From assembly GCA_965644295.1 (NCBI GenBank), contig CBFFRP010000399.1, positions 124,001 to 188,000 on the forward strand: 64,000 nucleotides of DNA, given 5' to 3'. Below the pieces are notes generated by a model. The model saw nothing but the letters and a program-made list of their open reading frames with translations, ran no database searches and was not told where the DNA came from. The DNA comes from Paraphysomonas bandaiensis. Lineage: Eukaryota; Protista; Chrysophyceae. The translations under genes were made by a program, and so were the position numbers. Below, piece after piece: positions 52,392-61,672 of the stretch (positions are counted from its first letter, which is position 1; the number at the start of each line of letters is the position of its first letter).

Positions 52392-53132
52392 GTTATAAAT
52401 AGTGTGAAGATACTGTTATATAGTTAGATAATAGAGTGATATGATTGAATGAGATGAACCTGTCTGTATAATGTAATAAATTTATAATCAACTATCCACT
52501 AATTAATTAATCTTAGTGCTATGTACTGTGTATGCTCTGGTGTTGAGATATATGCAGGTGTTGATATGTATGTATATATATGTATGTGTATATATGGTGT
52601 GGGATACGTGGACTGTATATCCAACAGAGGGTGTACACAGAGGGTACCTACACTATGGTAGAGTACGATGTCCAGTGTGTAGGTATATGTATATGTACTG
52701 TATATGTATATGTATTCTATTCTACAAAATTAGTGGAATATTTCAGTGTCCATTGATTGTGTATACCAAGTACACTGTACACTGTGGTACACGAAGCTAC
52801 CAACCATTATAATAAAATCTGATTTGATTGGATAAAAAAGAATAGTTTGATTGGCTTGGAAGATGAGTTGACTTTATAACTTTTGTCCAGTTTTTTTTTT
52901 TAATTTCTCGAATTAATTATACAGAGTATTTCTTATGTTACAATTATTGTCCAATAAACAAAATTACAATACAAAATTCCCCCTACCTCCAATCCATCTA
53001 TCTATTGAGTGTTAATCCACATACTTTAACCACTAAACTCTCATTCATTTAACTCCTTTAACAATCAAATTCAAATCTATCATTCATTCCATTCCATTCT
53101 TATAAAAATCTTACTATAATTCATACTTAATA

Positions 53133-54612
53133 ATGTTACATAACTTTAATATTAATAGTGCAATTCATATTATTAATACTTACAAGTTTGCACGTGTGGT
53201 ATTACAATTCCCTGATATTTACTTATCAATATGTACAAATATATATAATTATATTATCAATCATATCAATCCTACTATAGATTTATATATTACAGCAGAT
53301 GCTACATATGGTAGTTCAGTAGATGATATATCAGCTGCTCATATTGATTCGGATTTATTAATATATTTTGGTACTGATATGAGTGGTACGGCATCTATAC
53401 CGGTATTAATTCTACCACAACAAATGGAGATTGATGTACTTTTAACAACTCAATGTATATGTGATTATCATGAGTTTGATGATTCATCTGTAGTGTCAGA
53501 AGGATCTGTTTTACTCATATGTGATCCGAGTTATAATCATGTATTGAATTCTATCGGCGATGCACTACAAAACAAGTTTAAAGGCCTATGTGTTGGAAGA
53601 ATAACACCTCGTGCTGATCCCGATAACTGGACACCGGAAATATCAAAGTTTGATAGTGTAGCTGCTGATATGGAAAGTATTGGTGGTCTTTACTTCAATC
53701 CTGAAGCCGTCATGAATGCTCATACAGTGATATATATTGGCGAGAAGAAAGAACAACTAGTCGGAATTTTGCTCCGTCTAAGCGATTGTCGAGTAATTTC
53801 ATGCAGTCCCCAGTCGTCTAATAAGATGGAGCTTCATCGTGGTCAAGAGACAAAGGAGTTCCGGGAGCGGTACGTGGGGGTCATGCGAGTCAAGGAGGCA
53901 GAGATAATCGGGCTTATAGTTGGCTCTATGGGAATTGATGATGCCACCATGCGTACTCTAGTGGACCAGTTAACTCGATATATTGAAGCTGCTGGAAAAA
54001 AGTGCTACTGCTTTGCTATGGGAAGAATAAATGAAGCCAAGCTTTGCAATTTCCCGGAGGTAATCACGATGTGGCTTTTACGTCCCATGAATAATATGTT
54101 CTCCAGATAAATGTTTTCTGTTTAATATCCAATGATGATACCGCAAGAGTACCTGCGAAGTAAGTGTCTCAGTACTATCGTTTAATATGTCATACTCTTT
54201 GAGCAGGACATTTCATGTTCCGGTCGTGACCCCGTTTGAGTTGGAGCTGGGACTTGGTGCTAGAGAGTGGGACTGTATGTATGTCAGCAGTGCCTCGTAT
54301 AGTCTGGCAAGTGACGAAGAGTATTCGCAACGCCTTAAGCTCATAGAAAGTGGTCGTTCACGGTCATCATCCTATAGCAGCAATGATACAGATGAAGTTG
54401 CTCTACCCTCGACAACTGTTACAGACTCATCCGCCATGACAGTGAAGAGCGGTTCGCAGTTGACTGTATTTCACAGTGCAGCTGCAGACTATTTGGCTCA
54501 ACGCGATTATAGAGGACTAGAATCTACTGTTCCTGTTGACCAAAGTGTTGATGTGTTACCTGGTCAGTTCGGTGTAGCATCCGGATATGATCGGAGTGGT
54601 GTGAATAAGTAA
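53133..54612 (+). CDS. DPH2: Diphthamide biosynthesis protein 2 (3 exons)
   Basis: RVVLQFPD; ADATYGS; IIGLIVGSMG; AAGKKCYCFAMGRINEAKLCNFPE; VVTPFELE; SAAADYLAQRDYRGLE; GQFGVASGY. Confidence 0.88.
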
Positions 54613-54764
54613 TACATGAACATGTGTAGATACCATAAGCTTTAATACGTACGTTCGAAGAGTCATCTTGTGTTTTTAAGCTTTCTAGAGGTATGCTGCT
54701 ATTAGAACATTATAAACGTTTTGTTAGTTCTACTCTTTAGGGTATATAGCTTTCACATTGGTTC

Positions 54765-55071
54765 TATTAATTTACGCTTTTAGTTAGTGCAATATTGACT
54801 GATTGATATTATAGGAGATATAGTAAGTTTATGATGTTGTAGCCCTGTGAGTTAGGAACCACGTCATTCACCAACATCAACATTCTGTTCTACAAATCAT
54901 ATCTTTAACAGCTACTATATTTTCAGTTTCTTTGTATACTTGTAATAGCTACTCCTATACTGTAGTCATGTATATTCTGTATTTCATTGCTACATAGAAT
55001 ACAGGATAACTACTAGCGATTGACTTTACCAAACTTCAAGTACGCACGTAGGAGTTGGTTGTAGTTCAATA
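54765..55071 (-). repeat. 3' LTR (307 bp)
   Basis: TATTAATTTACG...GTTCAATA on +; preceded in sense orientation by the polypurine tract GAGTGGGAG (55072-55080). Confidence 0.95.
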
Positions 55072-55119
55072 CTCCCACTCAATGAACATATCAGAATATA
55101 CTGTGATGAGCAAGTCTAC

Positions 55120-58100
55120 TTAGTGCGATACCATAGTGTGCACATGCTGATAGTGCAGCTTCTCGGACAAGGCTTTAGTCATCACGTCTGCTGTCATCTC
55201 TGCCGTTGGCACATGATTCAGCCTGACGATACAGCCTCCCACTTGCTCTCGAATCCAATGATACTTGATCCGAATATGCTTGGAACGTTTATGATTTACC
55301 GGGTTCTGAGCTAGATCAATCGCACTCTTGCTGTCCATATTCAAGATTGTTGGAGACGCATTCTTACTGAGCTCAAATCCACGAATTCCGAGCTCTGTCA
55401 TCACCCCTCGTATCCATACAATCTCCTGAATTGCAGCATATGCAGCCATATATTCAGCTTCCATAGTCGACGTAGCCACTGTTGGCTGCAGTCTGGACTG
55501 CCATGCAATTGGAGCACCCCACAGATATACGATATACCCTGTAGTGGATCTGCATGTATCCAGATCTCCGGCCCAATCTGCATCAGAGTACACACATAGA
55601 GGGTCTTCATCTGTGAAATTAGGAAATATGATACCTTGATCAACTGTATTTTCTAAATACAATAAAGTATGCAGAGCAGCTTGACATGCAGCGTACGTGG
55701 GTCTTGTGGTGAACCGGGAGAGAAGATTTACTGTATATGCCATGTCTGGTCTAGTATGCACTGCCAAATACATTAAGGCACCAATAACAGATTGATAGGG
55801 AAATGCATCAACGTATTCTCTCTGTTTTCGAGTTTCTTCCTCTTTTGCATCCTTGGACAACTTTAGGCCAGGTGGTAGAGGTGTGGTTGCCTTGCACCGT
55901 CTCTTCTTTTCTGACAACAAGTGATTGAATCTGGCCACAACATCTTTAGCATATGCAGACTGATGTAACTTAATCTGGCCATTATGACGCTCAATGGTAA
56001 GACCTAAATAATGCTTAAGGTCCCCCATATCTTGCATGGCATATTGAGTCTTAAAGGCGCTGATGACTTCTTCAATATGACGGCTGTCAGAGCTGAGCAC
56101 AATGATATCATCTACATACACAAGTATCATATGTAGGTTATCATCAGTACCCTTGAGTACAAATAAACATGGGTCAAGAACACATTGTTTATACCCCATC
56201 GCCTTTATACTGTCCTTCAGCATTGAATGCCAATTTCGAGGCGCTTGTTTTAGGCCATACAAACTCTTCAGAATCTTCAAACAACAGCCTTGTGGAATAT
56301 CTATTCCTGCAGGTGGAGACATAAACACGTCTTCGTCCAGATCTGCATACGGAAATGCCGTTTCTACATCGAGTTGACGGAGTTGCAGATTGTATCGCAG
56401 AGCCAGTGCTAGTGCTAGCCTAAATGATACACCTTTAGCTACTGGGGAGAATGTCTCATTATAGTCGACTCCTTGTTCTTGAGTAAACCCTTTCGCCACA
56501 AGTCGAACTTTGAACTTCTTAATTTTTCCAAGATGGTCGCGCTTTACTTTAAAGACCAATTTAGATTTTATGATTTTTCGGTGTTTCGGCCTTCGGACAA
56601 TCTTCCAGCATGTCCTTCGTTCAAGCTTGTGCACCTCCTTCCTGGTAGCTTCAATCCAGTATGTTCTCTGTGGAGTCTTCTTTGCTTCTGCCAGCGTCTG
56701 TGGCTCTTTAATTGTGCTGTTGGAGGAATCAAGAAACAATGAGACATCGCCGAGGACACCAACGTTAACAATGTGCCGTTTTTTTCGAGGTCGTTTTTCA
56801 GTTCTGGGATTTCGATCTGCCCCACCTGTTGAAGATGCGCCCCGATTTGAGCGGTCAGGAGTCCTCTGTTCATTGTCACTGTCATTACAAGTCTGATCCA
56901 ACTCATTTCGCAAACTATTAAACTTGTCGGTCTGACACTTTGTAGAGTGAGTCATCTTTACTACATCTTTGATATGAATTGGAGTTTGCTCCTCGGTAGT
57001 ATTTCCTTTCATATCTAATCTCCTATATGCAACAATGACTCCTCTTCTCTCTATCACTCTGGTGGTAACATAACACAGGTGTCCATCAAGATGTCTGAGG
57101 CCCACCAGGTACTGATAGTCATTTACACTCTCTGCTGTTTCTGAGGTGTCGATTTGTAGATTATCTATTTCGTCGAAATACTCCTGTGAACGCTCTGGAA
57201 TTGACTCATCAAACTGTGCATTGACTGCAACAATAATAGCATTCAGGTCTGGAATATATATTTGGTGTCCAACAGGTTGTTGACATTGTCCCATATAGTA
57301 TCCAGGTTTTCCCTTTTCTTTCCACTCTTTGCGGCGCTGCTCCTTCGGCACAATAGCCCATGCCTTGCAGCCCCAGATCTTCAAGTCACTCACATCTGGT
57401 GCGGTTCCAGTAATATACTCAAAAGGTGAGATGTATCCTTTCGTTGTCTTCGTAGGTAACCTGTTGATCAGATATACAGCATGCAAGACTGCTTTGAACC
57501 AAAATACTGATGGCATGCCACTATCGAGCAATATAGCAAGGGCCATCTCCTTCACTGTACGATTAGTGCGTTCCGATAGCGAATTCATTTCGGGTGTGTC
57601 ACGTGGAGTCCAAGTAACCTGTACAGTCCTTGTGCTGGTGGTTTCACGTAAGTACTGCCTGACATGTTGCCCTACTAGTTCTCCTGCGCCATCTGCATGA
57701 TATCGTCGTAGTTGCAATCCTTCTTTGACAAGTTGGGTCTCTACCATGTCCTTCATACACTTTAACACTTCACTCCCAGTCTTGTTTTTCAACCCATAAG
57801 CCCATACATGTTTTGCATCACTGTGCTTGAATAGTAACACATGTTTGTAGCCTTCCATCGATGGCGTGTTTAGGACTTCCATCGTATCTGCACTGAGCAC
57901 CCCTCTCTCCTTTGGGTTGTTGTCTAAGTTCATCAACTGGCGTGGAGTCCTGAAGTTCTTTCTCGTGAGTTTCGATCGCATGCAGGTATTACATTTGCAT
58001 ATCGTTTTTTTGTGTTTTTTTCTGAAATATTTCTTGTCCAGATTTATTCCATCAACTAGGCCTCGGCGGTCGGACTCAGTCAGTTTATCATAGTTGACAT

Positions 58101-59637
58101 GGCCAAGTCTTTTGTGCCATAGAATTCGCTGGTCATCAAACCCCTGCTCCTCAAGTGCTGCTGAGGATTCTTCTCCAAGCTGAAGTAAGTCTTCGAGTCG
58201 AACTGGATATAATCCATTAACACTTCTCTGTCTAATGAGTGTCTTGTTCGTAGTCTTATTTCGAATGACGACTTCATCATTATCGAACGTCACAACACAA
58301 CCCCTATCTGTGATGCTCTTCATATCTACGAGGTTCTTACTTGCTTCAGGTGCGTAGTACACCTTTTTAAAGCTTCCTACATCGCCAACACTGTGTATTG
58401 ACAGTTTACCTTTGTTCGCTGTGGACATCTGCCTATCAGCGCGCTGAAGGTTGGTCATGTGGTTTTTGGAGGTAAGGATCATCTTGTTGCACCCGCTGTC
58501 TAAATAAATAACATCTGACATGCTCTGTGCTAGATTCACCTCTTCTTCCACACATATCATCGATTCGTATCCCGCTTCATCTTCTGAATCATGTACAGAC
58601 ACTCGCGGTTTCTTCTTGTTCTTGTAGGGTGCCGTTTCCCTTCTAGAGTCTCGCCCCCGTTTAGAACTGACCACTGCAGCTTTAGCAGTCTTCAAGTGGA
58701 AGCAGTCTTTAGTCTGATGGCCTGGGATGTCACATATCTCACACACAGGTAGCTTTGTTTTGTTATCACCCCTGTTTCTGTGATCTCTATCTTTTCTCTG
58801 TGATCTTGTCCCCTTCATCCTCTTTATGACATGCTCTGGAGTCTTGCACTCCCTAGCAAAGTGGCCAAGTTTCTTGCACTTATTGCATCTGCCCTTTCTC
58901 TTGTGCTCTTTCCATTTACTGTCATCCACTGCTTGATTGACACTGTCTTCCCCTGAATTTTGCAACGCATGCTTGCCGAATGATGTGTTTTCATACCCTT
59001 TGATTAGGCTGCTTGCTCTTGCGTATGTCACATCGTTTGCTGTATACAGGCTGTGTGCTAGTTGGGAATATCTCTTGTCTGTGAGACCTTCCTTTAGTCG
59101 AGTGAGCTTGTCGTCTTCCGTGACTTCACGACCTAGATTCTCGAGAATCTTGGCCTGGGCTTCAACGCTGTCGACGAACTCTGCTCCTGACTGACTTGAG
59201 GTAATCTTCATTGAATTGAACTTTGTGACCTCTGCCTGTACTGTATTCTTTTCAACATTGAGAAATCTCTCTTCCAGTGCCTGTAGTAACCCTTTTGCTG
59301 TACTTCCTTCGTAGAGAGCCGCTGTTGTGCCTGCTTTTGGGTGAGCATTGCACACTTCCATCAGGAAGGAGTACGCGGTCTCGTTCCGGGTGTTCCAGAG
59401 TTTCTTCGCTTTGCGTAGTCGCTTCTTCTGTGCATCAGTCATATGAGCTCCCGCTGGGACTGTAGAGTCTAGATCATGAATGTGCCTTGGTTTATCCTTT
59501 GAGAGGACAAGATGAGCTCGATTGTGTCTCATGAGGAATGAGGTGAAGAACTTCTTGAATTTCTTGAAGTTCAGTTCCTCGAAGGGAGGTACCTTTGAGC
59601 CTGAGGCGACATTCGTGAAATTTCCATCCGCTGCCAT
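55120..59637 (-). CDS. Copia gag-pol polyprotein (gag, 2 CCHC knuckles, protease, integrase, RT, RNase H), 1505 aa
   Basis: CNKCKKLGHFAREC; CEICDIPGHQTKDC; YLDSGC; LWHKRLGH..CNTC; D..HADGAGE..NSLSERTNRT; KSLYGLKQAPRNW; YVDD; YSDADWAG; EAEY; KHIRIKYH; ADVMTK. Confidence 0.97.
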   Translation of the reverse strand: MAADGNFTNVASGSKVPPFEELNFKKFKKFFTSFLMRHNRAHLVLSKDKPRHIHDLDSTVPAGAHMTDAQKKRLRKAKKLWNTRNETAYSFLMEVCNAHPKAGTTAALYEGSTAKGLLQALEERFLNVEKNTVQAEVTKFNSMKITSSQSGAEFVDSVEAQAKILENLGREVTEDDKLTRLKEGLTDKRYSQLAHSLYTANDVTYARASSLIKGYENTSFGKHALQNSGEDSVNQAVDDSKWKEHKRKGRCNKCKKLGHFARECKTPEHVIKRMKGTRSQRKDRDHRNRGDNKTKLPVCEICDIPGHQTKDCFHLKTAKAAVVSSKRGRDSRRETAPYKNKKKPRVSVHDSEDEAGYESMICVEEEVNLAQSMSDVIYLDSGCNKMILTSKNHMTNLQRADRQMSTANKGKLSIHSVGDVGSFKKVYYAPEASKNLVDMKSITDRGCVVTFDNDEVVIRNKTTNKTLIRQRSVNGLYPVRLEDLLQLGEESSAALEEQGFDDQRILWHKRLGHVNYDKLTESDRRGLVDGINLDKKYFRKKHKKTICKCNTCMRSKLTRKNFRTPRQLMNLDNNPKERGVLSADTMEVLNTPSMEGYKHVLLFKHSDAKHVWAYGLKNKTGSEVLKCMKDMVETQLVKEGLQLRRYHADGAGELVGQHVRQYLRETTSTRTVQVTWTPRDTPEMNSLSERTNRTVKEMALAILLDSGMPSVFWFKAVLHAVYLINRLPTKTTKGYISPFEYITGTAPDVSDLKIWGCKAWAIVPKEQRRKEWKEKGKPGYYMGQCQQPVGHQIYIPDLNAIIVAVNAQFDESIPERSQEYFDEIDNLQIDTSETAESVNDYQYLVGLRHLDGHLCYVTTRVIERRGVIVAYRRLDMKGNTTEEQTPIHIKDVVKMTHSTKCQTDKFNSLRNELDQTCNDSDNEQRTPDRSNRGASSTGGADRNPRTEKRPRKKRHIVNVGVLGDVSLFLDSSNSTIKEPQTLAEAKKTPQRTYWIEATRKEVHKLERRTCWKIVRRPKHRKIIKSKLVFKVKRDHLGKIKKFKVRLVAKGFTQEQGVDYNETFSPVAKGVSFRLALALALRYNLQLRQLDVETAFPYADLDEDVFMSPPAGIDIPQGCCLKILKSLYGLKQAPRNWHSMLKDSIKAMGYKQCVLDPCLFVLKGTDDNLHMILVYVDDIIVLSSDSRHIEEVISAFKTQYAMQDMGDLKHYLGLTIERHNGQIKLHQSAYAKDVVARFNHLLSEKKRRCKATTPLPPGLKLSKDAKEEETRKQREYVDAFPYQSVIGALMYLAVHTRPDMAYTVNLLSRFTTRPTYAACQAALHTLLYLENTVDQGIIFPNFTDEDPLCVYSDADWAGDLDTCRSTTGYIVYLWGAPIAWQSRLQPTVATSTMEAEYMAAYAAIQEIVWIRGVMTELGIRGFELSKNASPTILNMDSKSAIDLAQNPVNHKRSKHIRIKYHWIREQVGGCIVRLNHVPTAEMTADVMTKALSEKLHYQHVHTMVSH

Positions 59638-59943
59638 ATTAATTTACGCTTTTAGTTAGTGCAATATTGACTGATTGATATTATAGGAGATATAGTAAGT
59701 TTATGATGTTGTAGCCCTGTGAGTTAGGAACCACGTCATTCACCAACATCAACATTCTGTTCTACAAATCATATCTTTAACAGCTACTATATTTTCAGTT
59801 TCTTTGTATACTTGTAATAGCTACTCCTATACTGTAGTCATGTATATTCTGTATTTCATTGCTACATAGAATACAGGATAACTACTAGCGATTGACTTTA
59901 CCAAACTTCAAGTACGCACGTAGGAGTTGGTTGTAGTTCAATA
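59637..59943 (-). repeat. 5' LTR (307 bp)
   Basis: Same sequence as 54765-55071; followed directly in sense orientation by PBS-like TGGCAGCGGATGG. Confidence 0.95.
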
Positions 59944-60679
59944 GGTTCTTTTATTGGCGAGTTCGTGTATTTGTTCTCCATTTCTCGCAGGACCCTCGGT
60001 AGCTATCATCGATAACAGTTTGAAATAGCAATAGATCAGTTACATTAAAAGCAAGGACGAGAAAACGGCTGAAATCATTGTCTTCTTTATCAAATCCTGT
60101 TTAATTTGCTGACGGGCTTTTCTAAAACATCCTAACGTTTACAGTTTATATCCTATTTGGTGAGTTATCTAACTTCTGAGCTCACTTTCATTATATGCTG
60201 ATTTCAAATGTCGGTCCTAAATTGACAATCTTTATAATTGACTACAACCTACGCCAATTAGTTGTTACGTATTCTAGTTGGATATTGATAGGAAATATTC
60301 ATACTTCACACATCATAACTATTCCAATCGGTTTTACTAGTAGAGGGTAAGGGTTACGGGTTTAGTTTATTTTTCCCCTCGCATCTCCGACCCCCGTTTT
60401 TTTCTGTGGACTAGCTTTTTGCTGTCACTACTCTCTACTCTCACCTTTTGGTGGTGTTCTGGGGGATAAGTCGCACCTTTTCTCCGGGAAATTAACGTGA
60501 GTAGATGTTGTAACGCTTGTGTAGTACAAGGTACAAGGGACACTAAAAATGGTACTTGGGTCTTGACAAATAAACAGGCATCTGGGAATGGGACCACCTC
60601 AAGGGGCAGCCAGGGCATTGGGCTGCCAACTGAAATCTAACATTCGGGCTAGTTTACCTCTCTTAAGGACAGAGAACTA

Positions 60680-61371
60680 AAGTGGTCGCACCTTGGTGCT
60701 TGCGATGACGCACAAGCAGCTTTTGTAGCGCAAAGTAGTAGGATGTCAGAGTTAAGCGCTAGTTAGTAAATTTGTTTCGTTAGACTATTTCTGACTCTCA
60801 TACGCATATATCGCTAATATAACTTCAGGCTTATGTAGCTATAAATTGAATTGCCAAGTAATTTAATTTGGTTATAAAATGATAATTGTAATTATTACTG
60901 GTAAATATTTCCAAAAAAATTCTAAATAATTGCTTGCTTTTAATTATATATCACCTCAAAATGAAAAGTACAAACGTGCGTACATAGAAGAGCTTTACAG
61001 TGTTTAATCCTTGCATGAAAGAGTAAAAACATGTCCAAGATCGTTGGCAAAGAACAAACTGAGCACCTCCACAACATGTTGTATTTGCGTATTCGCTGTT
61101 TGAACGAAGGAGATGCTGTGGAGTCCACGGTGACGACGAAGATTCCGACATCCAATCATCTGCGTGGGTGTGATTTTTGTGTTGATCCCGATCCCAAGTG
61201 AGGTGTGTCATATGTCATTCCAGGATAGGGGCACTTGGTCTCACTTAGAAAGGTTTAGCAATCAGACTTGATATAGATAAACTGATACAATCAACATTAA
61301 GAACGGAAGTGGTCGCACCTTGGTGCTTACGGCGACGCACAAGCAGCTTCTGTAGCGCTAAATAGTAGGAT
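60680..61371. repeat. Pair of imperfect ~65-bp direct repeats (60680-60744 and 61307-61371)
   Basis: AAGTGGTCGCACCTTGGTGCTT.CG..GACGCACAAGCAGCTT.TGTAGCGC.AA.TAGTAGGAT in both copies. Confidence 0.8.
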
Positions 61372-61672
61372 AATAGAGTCTGTGCTGATTAGTTATGGGT
61401 AGAGGTCTAAATAGTCTGTCTAGCATTCAACTAGCCACTACATTGGTGCAGATTTTTAACGCCTATTGCTAAAGAATAAGACTTTCAGTATATAACTGAA
61501 TACAATAGCGATGTAACTTTATAGTGTGCTAGAGTAAGATAACATTCTTATTACAAGAAACAACAAGATTGAACTAGAGCATAAAAATTAATTATTCGTA
61601 AAAACCATCCAGCAATCTACTTATTTACATATATCATCTACGAGAAGTGCATCCTTATAAAAAAACGCACTA

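Larger units (their letters stand above)
54765..59943 (-). mobile_element. Full-length Ty1/copia LTR retrotransposon (5,179 bp) with 5-bp TSD GGTTC
   Basis: Two 307-bp direct repeats that appear identical; GGTTC at 54760-54764 and 59944-59948; intact gag-pol ORF with IN before RT. Confidence 0.97.

Noticed and set aside
52823-52854. Two TTTGATTGG (reverse CCAAT) boxes in the transporter/DPH2 spacer
   Set aside because: Plausible promoter elements, but too short to support from sequence alone.
60341-60366. Telomere-like AGGGTAAGGGTTACGGGTTTAG (similar tract near 29305)
   Set aside because: Only about three degenerate units; not distinguishable from chance.
60605-60652. GC hairpin GGCAGCC..GGCTGCC followed by CTAG, like a Helitron 3' end
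   Set aside because: Only a 7-bp stem, about 21 nt from the CTAG, and no matching 5' end or Rep/helicase sequence.
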